Assembly (NCBI GenBank): GCA_963668175.1
Contig: OY764159.1
Coordinates: 960,001-1,024,000 of the forward strand
Direction of reading: 5' to 3'
Length of the DNA: 64,000 nt
Origin: Syntrophales bacterium
Lineage (GTDB): Bacteria > Desulfobacterota > Syntrophia > Syntrophales > PHBD01
Shown: one piece after another, positions 31,242 through 42,732 of the stretch
How the letters are laid out: each line of letters begins with the position of its first letter
How positions within the stretch are numbered: position 1 is the first letter of the stretch
Notes under the pieces: model-generated
Told to the model about the DNA's origin: nothing
What the model saw: the letters and a program-made list of their open reading frames with translations, nothing else
The model's database searches: none
Position numbers and translations under genes: made by a program

Positions 31242-32906
31242 TTATTGTGCTTCCGTTGCCTGATCCTCCGCGAACGAGGAATCTTTAAAACCGATCCCTG
31301 CCTCGAGCCTCTCCAGCAATTCCATCAGGCTTGCCGGTTGAAGTGCCGAGATGGCCGTCGCCTGAAAGCGCCCACAAAGGGTTTTGAGAAGCACCCGGTC
31401 GGAGAACCGGTCCTGTTTGTTGAATACCCGGATGACGGGCTTATCCTCGACATGCAGTTCCTGTAAGATACTCTCCACAGCCGTGATGTGTTTCTCGAAA
31501 TCGGGATTGCTGACATCGATCACATGAAGGAGCATGTCCGCTTCCTGAAGTTCACCCAGGGTTGCCCGGAAGGCCGCAAACAGTTCCTTGGGCAGGTCTC
31601 TGATGAATCCGACTGTATCGGTAATGATCGCCTGGGTGTCTCGGGGGAAGCGCAGGCGGGCACTCTTGGGATCAAGGGTGGCGAAGAGCAGGTCCTCCGC
31701 GAAGACCTGACTTTTCGTCAGCGTATTTAAAAGCGTCGATTTGCCCGCATTGGTGTAGCCGACGATCGAAACGACGGGAAGTCTCCCGCGTTTCCGCTTC
31801 ATCCGGCGCTGTCCCCTGGCTTTTTCTATCTCCTTCATGTCCTTTTCAAGGCGGTGAATGCGTTCCCGGATTCGCCGCCGGTCGATTTCCAGCTTGGTCT
31901 CTCCCGGCCCGCGGCTGCCGATGCCGCCCGTCAGCCGCGACATGGCTGCTCCTTTACCGGTCAGCCTCGGCAGCAAGTATTTCAATTGTGCCAACTCTAC
32001 CTGGATCTTGCCTTCCCGGCTCAAGGCCCTCCTGGCGAAGATGTCCAGGATGACCTGCGTCCGGTCGATGACCTTAAGCTCGGTGAAATCCGTAATGGAT
32101 CGTACCTGGGCAGGCGTCAATTCGCCGTCGAAGATCAGGAGATTGGCTCCGATCTGCATGGCGCTGATGACCAGAGAAGCCAATTTCCCTTTGCCCGCCA
32201 TATACCGTGGGTCAATTTGTTTCCGGAACTGGATGACCGTATCGAAGACCGCGACGCCGCACGATGCGGCAAGCTCACTCAATTCCTGGAGGCCGCCCTG
32301 GCTGTCGGCGCGCGGGTCGGTTTCTACGCGGACCAGGATTGCCCGGTCTGCGGCATCCACCCGGCGCACGGCCTGCTTTCGAGCGAATTCCCCTTCCAGG
32401 GCCGATATGAACCCGGTAAAATGGAGATCGATTTCCGAGGGACGGGCAGGTTTTAGGAAAAGCCAGTACTTGCCTTCGGGATTCTCGGGAACGAGATGGG
32501 CCGTATGGGCCATGCCCGGTTCGCCGTCGGGGCCGGTTTCGATGGCGCAGATCAGATCGAGTCGCAACAACGCCAGGTCGGTCAGGTCTTCATCGGTCAG
32601 GAATTCGCCGTTCAAATGGGTATGAACGAGGCGGAGACCCTTGAAACGGCTTGACGATGAACGGTATCTCTCCAGATCGGGAATAAGAAGTCCTTGATGG
32701 GTGCCCAGGATCACGTAAACGACTTCGCCCCGCCTGCTGATCAGGAGTCCGATCTGCCGGTTCAACTCATGGGACATCCCGGTGATCTGCCTGGCCAATT
32801 CGTGTGTGACGATACGGTCCGGAGGGCACTTGCGGCGGTAGAGCAAACTGATTCTCTTAATCTGTTCGGACCCGAGACCGGTAATGTTCCCGTATATCTT
32901 ATCGAT
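31242..32906 (-). CDS. hflX: GTPase HflX, long form, probable non-canonical ATC start
   Basis: GYTNAGKS, DTVG, NKQD, RGPGE. The frame stays open upstream of TTG 32846 to IDKIYGNITGL, with GAGG 7 nt before ATC 32906. Confidence 0.9.
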   Translation of the reverse strand: MDKIYGNITGLGSEQIKRISLLYRRKCPPDRIVTHELARQITGMSHELNRQIGLLISRRGEVVYVILGTHQGLLIPDLERYRSSSSRFKGLRLVHTHLNGEFLTDEDLTDLALLRLDLICAIETGPDGEPGMAHTAHLVPENPEGKYWLFLKPARPSEIDLHFTGFISALEGEFARKQAVRRVDAADRAILVRVETDPRADSQGGLQELSELAASCGVAVFDTVIQFRKQIDPRYMAGKGKLASLVISAMQIGANLLIFDGELTPAQVRSITDFTELKVIDRTQVILDIFARRALSREGKIQVELAQLKYLLPRLTGKGAAMSRLTGGIGSRGPGETKLEIDRRRIRERIHRLEKDMKEIEKARGQRRMKRKRGRLPVVSIVGYTNAGKSTLLNTLTKSQVFAEDLLFATLDPKSARLRFPRDTQAIITDTVGFIRDLPKELFAAFRATLGELQEADMLLHVIDVSNPDFEKHITAVESILQELHVEDKPVIRVFNKQDRFSDRVLLKTLCGRFQATAISALQPASLMELLERLEAGIGFKDSSFAEDQATEAQ

Positions 32907-32932
32907 GGAAGAGCCTCGTTCTTGGGAGTCGC

Positions 32933-33136
32933 TTATTTAAATTTATGGGGGTTGACCCTCTTTTCCATACCATCCAGAAAGGACGACCAGGCATTGGTTC
33001 GGAAGGCCGTGGCCAGTTTCTTCGGTTTCCTTGCTCCGCATGAAGGGCATTCGAGGTCCGTGTAATCCTCGTCGACCTTCATGACACGTTCGTAGACCGC
33101 CTGGCACTTAACGCATTCAAATTCATAGATGGGCAT
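32933..33136 (-). CDS. FmdB-family zinc-ribbon protein
   Basis: MPIYEFECVKC...CPSCG. Confidence 0.85.
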   Translation of the reverse strand: MPIYEFECVKCQAVYERVMKVDEDYTDLECPSCGARKPKKLATAFRTNAWSSFLDGMEKRVNPHKFK

Positions 33137-33207
33137 AGGTATCCCTCATGTGTTTTTTCAGCGGATTACCATGTTCGGGTCCGCAGGTCAAGGGCATCGT
33201 GGAACAG

Positions 33208-33241
33208 AAAAAACCCCGGAGGGATAACCCCCCGGGGTTTT
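33208..33241 (-). terminator. Terminator after the porin gene
   Basis: AAAACCCCGG...CCGGGGTTTT stem with flanking A/T runs. Confidence 0.75.
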
Positions 33242-33273
33242 GGTGCTTCAGGTTAACGAACCTTGAATCAAGC

Positions 33274-34809
33274 TTAGAAAGTGAGGGTCAGCTTGTGCAT
33301 GAAGACGTAGTCGTTCTCAAGCTTCGGCTCGTTGGCCGTCGTGTAGTAGCCCTTGTAGTAGTCGCCTACCCAGAAGTAACCGAAACCGACCATATACTGG
33401 AGGTTGTCGTAGATCTTGTAGACGGCGGTCAGGTCGAATTCCGTACCGTACTTGTTGGAGACGTATTCGGTCGTGGAGACGCCTGTGGCACCGATGACGC
33501 CCAGCGTAGCCGGGGTCTGCCAGGGCTTCTTGTCAGCATACATGTAGCTGATTTTTGCCGTGATGTCCCATTTCGGGGTGGGCTGCACGCCGAAATAGAG
33601 CTGATAGAACCAGACGTTGTCCATGAACTGGTTCGTGGCATTGCTGCCGCCCAGGGGGTTCGTACCGCCAAAGGTACCCATTGTGGTAGAAAGGGCACCC
33701 GTTACGCCGCCCGTGTAGGTCGCATGCTCATCGTTCTTGAAGATGAGCGTGGGGCTCCAGTTTTGGCCCAGCTGGAATCCTGTATTGCCAGCGATGGTGC
33801 CTTCAACCTTGTCCGGCGTGGAGGGATCGTCACCCGAGACCCAGGCGAACAAGAAACCGGCATAGAACATGCTGATGTCGGCACGGGCATGGAGATAGAG
33901 GCCCCAGGCGCGGACGTCGACATCGTTGTAGGTGTTGGATGCATTCTCGAGTTCATACAGCTTGCCGCCGCCGTAGAAGCCTTCCGCCTCGATGAAGAGG
34001 GGACCGAATTTACCCTTGAAGTAGGGGTCGATCAAGTAGAGTTTCATTTCCGTCGGGATAAGGTTAATTGCGCCGCCGGCGGTCTGGGATCTGTTGCCCG
34101 CATCGCGCATGTACTCGATCTGGGCGCCCACTTCGATGTTGCCCTGCTTGTAGATGGCGCCGATGTAGTATTCGTCTTTATCCAGGTCGGCATACGTACC
34201 GGCGGTAACCAGCGTACCGGCGGTTACTTCTCTTTCCTTCTGCCTGTCGTAAGCCAGGAAGGCCGTTACGGGGCCGATGGGCAGGAAGTATTTGATACCG
34301 GGTCTGGTGAAGCTGGTGTCGACGAACTGGGTACCGAAGGCGCCGAATTCCTGATAACCGACCAGGAAGCGGCCGATCGCCGTGTTAAAATCGACGTAGG
34401 CGCGTTCCCATTCGATATTTTCCTGCGTCCTTACAGTATTGTTCTGGCCGCCGTCCGCACGACGGTTCGTGACGTCGTAGGGAAGACCGGCTGTTGTCTG
34501 GGCCCACGACTGATCGCCCCATCTCTTTTCCAGGGCGTCGAAGCGCATGACCAGCTTCAACCCTTCCACCACGTTGACTTCCGGCTGGAAGCGCAGGCGC
34601 TGGAAGAAGACGGCCTTGGAAGCCGCGCCGCCGGCGTTGAGCAGGCCGCTGTTGTAAGTCGCGTTTTCCTTGTCAAGGTTTGATGCGTTTTGACGATAAA
34701 TGCCTTCCACATAGTACGATCCGCTGACTTTCAGATCGGCTGCCGCTACCGGCATTGCGAAGGCCATCAGCATTGCTGCAGATAGTAGAACTATCCAAAG
34801 CTTCTTCAT
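33274..34809 (-). CDS. Outer-membrane beta-barrel porin (deltaproteobacterial type)
   Basis: Signal peptide, alternating beta-strands rich in G/Y/T, C-terminal KLTLTF with terminal Phe, strong RBS. Confidence 0.85.
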   Translation of the reverse strand: MKKLWIVLLSAAMLMAFAMPVAAADLKVSGSYYVEGIYRQNASNLDKENATYNSGLLNAGGAASKAVFFQRLRFQPEVNVVEGLKLVMRFDALEKRWGDQSWAQTTAGLPYDVTNRRADGGQNNTVRTQENIEWERAYVDFNTAIGRFLVGYQEFGAFGTQFVDTSFTRPGIKYFLPIGPVTAFLAYDRQKEREVTAGTLVTAGTYADLDKDEYYIGAIYKQGNIEVGAQIEYMRDAGNRSQTAGGAINLIPTEMKLYLIDPYFKGKFGPLFIEAEGFYGGGKLYELENASNTYNDVDVRAWGLYLHARADISMFYAGFLFAWVSGDDPSTPDKVEGTIAGNTGFQLGQNWSPTLIFKNDEHATYTGGVTGALSTTMGTFGGTNPLGGSNATNQFMDNVWFYQLYFGVQPTPKWDITAKISYMYADKKPWQTPATLGVIGATGVSTTEYVSNKYGTEFDLTAVYKIYDNLQYMVGFGYFWVGDYYKGYYTTANEPKLENDYVFMHKLTLTF

Positions 34810-34971
34810 TTGTTTTCCTCCTGTTGTTGCATTAAGTTTCGTTTTTCCGGTCTTGCTCGGGCATTGCTATCAAGACCGTAAACCCTGTTGCGTGTTAGAA
34901 TCGTACGACCCGCGCCATCCCGCAACCCCAGCGGCTGCCCGGCCGGATCGCTCCCTGCAGTATCTGCCGGC

Positions 34972-35029
34972 ATCACCTCCTTATGATAGAATCCCGAGGA
35001 AACCTACTATCCAAGGGCTTTTGTGTCAA
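34972..35029 (-). promoter_or_regulatory. Porin promoter plus 12-nt anti-SD-complementary element in the leader
   Basis: TTGACA (35029-35024)-17 bp-TAGGTT (35006-35001), then TAAGGAGGTGAT at 34983-34972. Confidence 0.6.
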
Positions 35030-35484
35030 GCCCTTTTTAACCCTCCGGGTAAAAAAAGCTTGATCATTATTGTGCAATGATCGTACCAGGCCATAGTATT
35101 CAAAGCTTGTTCGGGTGGAATGCCGCAACCTTATCGAGAAAAAGCAAGAGATATCAACATGAAAGGACGGTGTCCCGATCGTCGCGCCGCCGATGCCGTT
35201 TCCCGCTTCCATTCTCGTCTGGATACAGGTCGACAATCAAGTGTTGCAAAAAACACACACAGGTCTTCGCAGATGAGTTTTTTTGCCGCGGCAATACTTC
35301 TCCGTTCCGTTTCCGGCCCGAATGAAGAACAAACGGTCTGAAACCGGGCGTTCTTTCAAGATTTGAATCAAGCAGCGCAGGGGTCTTGTCCGGAAGCGGG
35401 GAAGGATGTTTCCTGACGGTGTTTGATGGGGCGCCGTATGGACGGGACGCCGTTTTGGTCCCCCGCCGAAAGCCAAAATATTTC

Positions 35485-35564
35485 TTGACAGCAAAGGAAT
35501 ATTGATATATCGCAGGGCGCGAATTTATAGTATGACCCATGGTCACGCAATGACTCGCAGTCAT
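35485..35564 (+). promoter_or_regulatory. Putative acs promoter with tandem TGAC-N5-GTCA operators
   Basis: TTGACA at 35485 (the -10 box is weak). ATGACCCATGGTCAC at 35532 and ATGACTCGCAGTCAT at 35550. Confidence 0.5.
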
Positions 35565-35852
35565 AATTGTGCTGGCGAGCCTGTATCAGATCAAGTCCTT
35601 GAATTTAATCTGTTATTTGTTCCTCTTCAGCGTTTCTTCCCGGCCATCATGGAGGGAAATGCAGAAACCAAATGATCAAGCGTTATCACCAGAGGACGAG
35701 ATACGACGTTCCCATCATCATTTGTCCCGGTTCAATCACGCGGTGGTGTGCTTCCGGGGACATTGACATACGGCTGGTAACTCTCAGGAGAGGCAAGGTT
35801 CGATCAAGCGCAATAAACTTTATCAAATTATAAAGGGAGGTAAAGAAAGCAC

Positions 35853-37820
<1,968 letters not shown>

Positions 37821-37857
37821 GTTTTGCAGTTCGGAAGGAATATGAAGGAATGATTTG

Positions 37858-37890
37858 CCCCCGTTCCACGGTAATACCGTGGAACGGGGG
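37858..37890 (+). terminator. Stem-loop after acs
   Basis: CCCCCGTTCCACGG-TAATA-CCGTGGAACGGGGG, a 14-bp stem with no U tract. Confidence 0.55.
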
Positions 37891-38035
37891 TGATCATGGG
37901 GCAGGCGACATCGACAGCGGCATTGCCGGAAATGAGGGATGCATCAAGCCCCGCTTTTTTAATGACGACATTACAACGCTGGTTGGCTAGCGGTCTTCAA
38001 GGACCGGAAAACGTCATCCAGGGAAGGAGGAAGAA

Positions 38036-38809
38036 GTGAATATAGTTGCATGTGTAAAGCAGGTTCCGGATACGGAAGCTCAGATCAAAGTGAAGGGCGA
38101 TGCGTCGGGTATCGAAGAGGGCGGCATCAAGTGGGTTATGAACCCCTACGATGAGTTCGGCGTTGAAGAAGCCCTGAAACTGAAAGAAAAGTTCGGCGGT
38201 GAAGTGACCATCGTGTCCGTAGGCCCGGCCCGTGTGATGGAGACCATCAGGACGGCGTTGGCCATGGGTGCGGACAAGGGCATTCACGTCAGCGATGCGG
38301 CCCTCGACAATGCGGATGCCTTCACGACGGCGTCGGCACTGGCGGCGGTCATCAAGGGTTTGCCCTATGAAATCGTCTTCTGCGGCCAGAGGGCCATTGA
38401 CGACGACTCCGGCCAGGTCGGTTCCATTCTGGCGGAGCTGTTGGGTGTGCCCCAGGTAACGTTTGCCACCAAGCTGGACATCGACGGAAAGGCCGCCAAA
38501 GCGGTTCGGCCGATCGAAGGCGCCCAGATGGTGATTGAAACATCTTTGCCTTGCGTTATTACGGCGACCAAGGGTCTCAATGAACCGCGCTATGCGTCAC
38601 TGCCCGGCATCATGAAGGCCAAGAAGAAGCCCGTCGATGTGAAAGACGGGGCGGCAATAGGAGTTGCAGCCGCTGAGAAAGCTAAGGTTGTTAAATTTAC
38701 ACCTCCTCCGGCCAGGCCTCCTGGAAAGATTATCTGCGCCGATGATACCCCCGAAGGGAAGGCTGCAGAATTGGCCAAGCTGCTCAGGGAAGAAGCGAAG
38801 GTAATTTAA
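38036..38809 (+). CDS. etfB: Electron transfer flavoprotein beta subunit
   Basis: VKQVPD, NPYD, ALAMGAD, NEPRYASLPGIMKAKKK. Confidence 0.96.
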   Translation: MNIVACVKQVPDTEAQIKVKGDASGIEEGGIKWVMNPYDEFGVEEALKLKEKFGGEVTIVSVGPARVMETIRTALAMGADKGIHVSDAALDNADAFTTASALAAVIKGLPYEIVFCGQRAIDDDSGQVGSILAELLGVPQVTFATKLDIDGKAAKAVRPIEGAQMVIETSLPCVITATKGLNEPRYASLPGIMKAKKKPVDVKDGAAIGVAAAEKAKVVKFTPPPARPPGKIICADDTPEGKAAELAKLLREEAKVI

Positions 38810-38837
38810 CACACAATCATGATGGAGGAATATAACA

Positions 38838-39809
38838 ATGGCAAAAGGTGTATGGATAGTAGCAGAACAAAGGGACGGTGCCTTACGAAAGGTATCGTTT
38901 GAACTCGCGAGCACGGCCAGAAAGCTTGCCGATCAGCTCGGCGAAGAAGTATGCGCCGTTCTCTGCGGATCCGGTATTGAAGGGAAGGCCGCAGAGCTTG
39001 GAAAATACGGTGTCGATAAAGTATTCGTAGCGGATGGTCCCGCTTTTGAACCCTACACGACGGATGCGTATGCCGCGGCAGTGGCGAAGGTCGTCAAAGA
39101 GAACGATCCCTCGATCCTTCTTCTTGCGGCATCGTTCCTGGGAAAAGATCTTTCCTCCCGCCTGGTCGGAAAACTGGCGACGGGAATGGCTACCGACTGC
39201 ACGGACGTAAAGATTGCCGATGGCAAGCTGGTTGCCGTTCGTCCCATGTATGCCGGCAAGTGCTTCGGCGAAATCGTCGTATCCGGGTCGCCGCAGATGG
39301 CCTCGCTGCGTCCGAACGTTTTCACGATCGTCGAGAATGCGAAGGCCGGTGCCGTGACGAAGTTTGACGCCGGTCTGGGCGAATTGAAGACGAAGGTCCT
39401 CGAAGTGCAGAAAGAGGCTTCGGGCAAGATCGATGTGTCGGAAGCGAATATTATCGTTTCCGGCGGGCGCGGCATGAAGGGTCCGGAAGGTTACGGGATA
39501 CTGGAAGAACTGGCTGGCGTGCTCGGCGCGGCGGTCGGTGCATCCAGAGCCGCCGTGGATGCGGGCTGGAGGCCCCAAGCCGACCAAGTCGGCCAGACGG
39601 GTAAGGTCGTTTCCCCGAATCTCTACATTGCCTGCGGTATTTCCGGTGCTATTCAGCATCTGGCAGGCATGAGCTCTTCAAAATATATCGTGGCGATCAA
39701 CAAAGACGCTGAAGCCCCGATTTTCCAGAAAGCCGATTACGGCGTCGTGGACGACCTCTTCAAGGTCGTTCCCGAACTGACCAAAGAATGCAAGAAGCTT
39801 CTTGCATAA
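38838..39809 (+). CDS. etfA: Electron transfer flavoprotein alpha subunit
   Basis: SGGRG, ASRAAVDAGW, QVGQTGK, GISGAIQH. Confidence 0.96.
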   Translation: MAKGVWIVAEQRDGALRKVSFELASTARKLADQLGEEVCAVLCGSGIEGKAAELGKYGVDKVFVADGPAFEPYTTDAYAAAVAKVVKENDPSILLLAASFLGKDLSSRLVGKLATGMATDCTDVKIADGKLVAVRPMYAGKCFGEIVVSGSPQMASLRPNVFTIVENAKAGAVTKFDAGLGELKTKVLEVQKEASGKIDVSEANIIVSGGRGMKGPEGYGILEELAGVLGAAVGASRAAVDAGWRPQADQVGQTGKVVSPNLYIACGISGAIQHLAGMSSSKYIVAINKDAEAPIFQKADYGVVDDLFKVVPELTKECKKLLA

Positions 39810-39822
39810 ACAACGAAACATG

Positions 39823-39857
39823 ACCGGGGACGGGCAGCCGCCGTCCCCGGTTGTTTT
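39823..39857 (+). terminator. Stem-loop with short U tract between etfA and the oxidoreductase gene
   Basis: ACCGGGGACGG-GCAGCCG-CCGTCCCCGGT-TGTTTT. Confidence 0.55.
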
Positions 39858-39974
39858 GTGGGCTCTTTGAACCCCATTTAAGCGACACAAACACGTGCAG
39901 GCGGGGCGGTTGGCCTCGTGTCCGGAGAAAGCACGAGGTATGACTGTTCTCGATAAGAGATATTTGGAGGAAAT

Positions 39975-42230
39975 ATGGAACACGTACTGGGAATCGGAAA
40001 TGAAGGAAGGCTGGTCTTCTGGAATGCCGACAAATTCGAGCTGCTCCTGTTTGTCTTTACCGGAGTGGCTATGGCGATCTTCGCCTATGGTCTTTACCGG
40101 CGCTGGCTGATGTGGACGGCGATCGGAAAGCCGGAAATCAGATGGGACAATGTAAAGGAACGGATTGGGATACTCGTACGCAACGGGCTGCTGCAGGTCA
40201 AGACGTTTGAGGACCCGTACCCGGGTGTAATGCACGGATTGATCTTCTTCGGATTTTTTGTCCTTATATTTGGTGCAGCATTCGATGCGACGGAGTTTCA
40301 CGTCACCGAACCCCTGGGCTTTGCGTTCCTCAGAGGAAAGTTCTACCTGGTTTTTTCTTTCCTCATGGATCTCTTCGGCTTCTTCGTACTGGCCGGCGTG
40401 ATCATGGCTCTTTACCGGCGTTATGTAACCAAGCCCGAGCGTTTGGGATACAAGGGCGAACCCGACAACACGACCGACGACGCCGTCGCCCTGTTGCTCA
40501 TTCTCGGCATCATCGTCACCGGCTTTATCGTGGAGGCTTTGAGGATTCACGCCACGATGGCGGACTGGGAGGGGGAATACCACGCCGCCGCCGGGCATCT
40601 TTTTAATGTATTCAGTTCGCAGCCGAAATGGGAAGTGTGGTCTTTCGTAGGCTGGAACATCGCCAAGGCTTTTGCCGGCGTTAATGTGGATACGGCCAAG
40701 GCGTTACATAAAACACTGTGGTGGGTGCATACGTTTTTTGCGCTGGGATTTATCGCATATATCCCTTATTCAAGACTCCTGCATATCTTCACGACGTCGG
40801 CCAATCATTTCATGGTGTCCCTCAAACCGACGGGAACCGTTGAGCCGATCCGCGATTTCGAGAATGCCGAGTCTTTCGGTGTGGGACAGCTTCAGGAATT
40901 CACCTGGAAACAGATCTTCGACGCCGATGCCTGCACCCGTTGCGGGCGTTGCCAGGACGGTTGCCCGGCTTATTTGACCGGCAAACCGCTGTCTCCGAAG
41001 AAAGTCGTCCAGGATATCAAAAAATACTGGCTGGAAATGGCACCTGTCGCTGTTGCGGCCAAGAAGGCGGAAGCCGGCGAGCCGAAGAACGCGCTTCTGA
41101 AATTCCTCGGCCAGGTTGACGAGGTTGTCGATGCCAATCTTAAGAAAACCAAGGGTGTGACGGAAGGTGACGCCACGGCCGAAAGGGCGCTTGTGGGCGA
41201 GGTCGTCAATCTGGACGAACTGTGGGCCTGTACGAACTGCATGTACTGTATGGAAAACTGTTCTTCTTCCATCGAGCACGTTCCCAAGATCATCAACATG
41301 AGACAGTACAAGGTTCTAACCGAGGCGGATTTCGCCCCGGAACTGCAGTTGGCTTACAGGAACATGGAAAACAACTCCAACCCCTGGGGCGTCGGCGCGC
41401 ATCTGCGGGCCGATTGGGCCAAGGAGCTAGGTGTCAAGACGCTAGCGGAAGATCCCAATGTCGAGTATCTGTTCTACGTCGGGTGTGCCGGATCCTTTGA
41501 CGACCGCGGCAAAAAAGTGACCGTTGCCTTTGCCAAGATCCTGCAGGCAGCGGGTGTCAGCTTCGGCATCCTCGGGACGGAAGAGAGCTGCTGCGGCGAC
41601 TCGGCCATGAGGGGCGGCAACGAATATCTATACCAGACGCTGGCCCAGATGAACATCGAAGCCATGAACGGTTACGGCGTCAAGAAAATTATTGCCACCT
41701 GTCCGCATGGCTACAATGCCCTGAAGAAGGATTACCCCCATTTTGGCGGTAATTTCGAAGTCTATCACCATACGGAGATCATCGCCGACCTGATCGCGAA
41801 GGGAAAAATCTCTCTGAAGAAACCTTTGCCGGGCGTCGTTACGTATCACGATTCCTGCTTCCTCGGCCGCTACAACCAGGTTTACGATCAGCCGAGAAGG
41901 ATCCTCAGTGCCGTTCCCGGCCTGAAACTGACGGAGATGGAAAGAAACCTGGCCAAGAGTTTCTGCTGCGGCGCCGGCGGTGCCAGGATGTGGATGGAGG
42001 AGCATGGGACCAAGATCAACGATACGCGGGCCAAGCAGGCCATCGACGTCAATGCCGATACCATTGCGGTTGGATGTCCGTTCTGCCTGACCATGATGAG
42101 CGACGGTCTCAAGACCCACAGTATGGAAGAGAAGATGAATTCCCTCGATATCGCTGAAATTGTCTGGAAGTCCATGGGACTCGAAGAAGAGAAGCCGGCA
42201 CCGGAAGTCTGTGCGGCACCGGCCGAGTGA
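39975..42230 (+). CDS. ETF:(methyl)menaquinone oxidoreductase-like membrane protein (cytochrome b, 2x4Fe-4S, 2 CCG domains)
   Basis: N-terminal TM helices with His (MHG, WVH, LLH), CTRCGRCQDGCP, CTNCMYCMENC, CCG motifs. Adjacent to etfBA. Confidence 0.88.
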   Translation: MEHVLGIGNEGRLVFWNADKFELLLFVFTGVAMAIFAYGLYRRWLMWTAIGKPEIRWDNVKERIGILVRNGLLQVKTFEDPYPGVMHGLIFFGFFVLIFGAAFDATEFHVTEPLGFAFLRGKFYLVFSFLMDLFGFFVLAGVIMALYRRYVTKPERLGYKGEPDNTTDDAVALLLILGIIVTGFIVEALRIHATMADWEGEYHAAAGHLFNVFSSQPKWEVWSFVGWNIAKAFAGVNVDTAKALHKTLWWVHTFFALGFIAYIPYSRLLHIFTTSANHFMVSLKPTGTVEPIRDFENAESFGVGQLQEFTWKQIFDADACTRCGRCQDGCPAYLTGKPLSPKKVVQDIKKYWLEMAPVAVAAKKAEAGEPKNALLKFLGQVDEVVDANLKKTKGVTEGDATAERALVGEVVNLDELWACTNCMYCMENCSSSIEHVPKIINMRQYKVLTEADFAPELQLAYRNMENNSNPWGVGAHLRADWAKELGVKTLAEDPNVEYLFYVGCAGSFDDRGKKVTVAFAKILQAAGVSFGILGTEESCCGDSAMRGGNEYLYQTLAQMNIEAMNGYGVKKIIATCPHGYNALKKDYPHFGGNFEVYHHTEIIADLIAKGKISLKKPLPGVVTYHDSCFLGRYNQVYDQPRRILSAVPGLKLTEMERNLAKSFCCGAGGARMWMEEHGTKINDTRAKQAIDVNADTIAVGCPFCLTMMSDGLKTHSMEEKMNSLDIAEIVWKSMGLEEEKPAPEVCAAPAE

Positions 42231-42328
42231 TTCATGATCTTTAAAACGGTATGCCTCCGAAGGGCGCTGCCCGTCCCTGCAAAGGGCCACAGGCGTTGAC
42301 CGTGGAGAACTAAGCCGGCGAAAAATTG

Positions 42329-42362
42329 AAGCCCCCTTCTGTTGACAGAAGGGGGCTTTTTT
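42329..42362 (+). terminator. Rho-independent terminator
   Basis: AAGCCCCCTTCTG-TTGA-CAGAAGGGGGCTT followed by a T run. Confidence 0.85.
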
Positions 42363-42732
42363 GCTATCATATTCTCAGAAACACCGCACAATGGAACCAT
42401 CTGCACTCATCCCCGGAAACGACGGTTTTCGGGGCCGAGCAACGCTAAGTCTACCTTAACAGGTTCTCACCAGGTCCAGGAGATTGTCTCTTGCAAAGCG
42501 GTTACTGCGAAACTCTGGACACGTACACGATTACCTGCCTCAAATATTGCGCTTTTTTTATCCGGATTTTTATCCCTGGGATCTTTTCTTTTTACGCATT
42601 CGAGCGGGGTGGAGAAGATAAACTGGGTGAAATTGGGAGTTCGGTCCGCCATGACGAATGCGTGGAAGCGGTTTTTGGTAACGAATAGGCCGAAAGCTTA
42701 ATTTTACAAGAAAGCAAGGAGGAGAGGGGACC

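Noticed and set aside
33148..34683. 511-aa ORF on the plus strand
   Set aside because: Antisense shadow of the porin gene, with no motifs.
42228..42300. Selenocysteine read-through at the oxidoreductase TGA
   Set aside because: The protein is already complete, the TGA is not at a Cys-equivalent position, and no convincing SECIS is visible.
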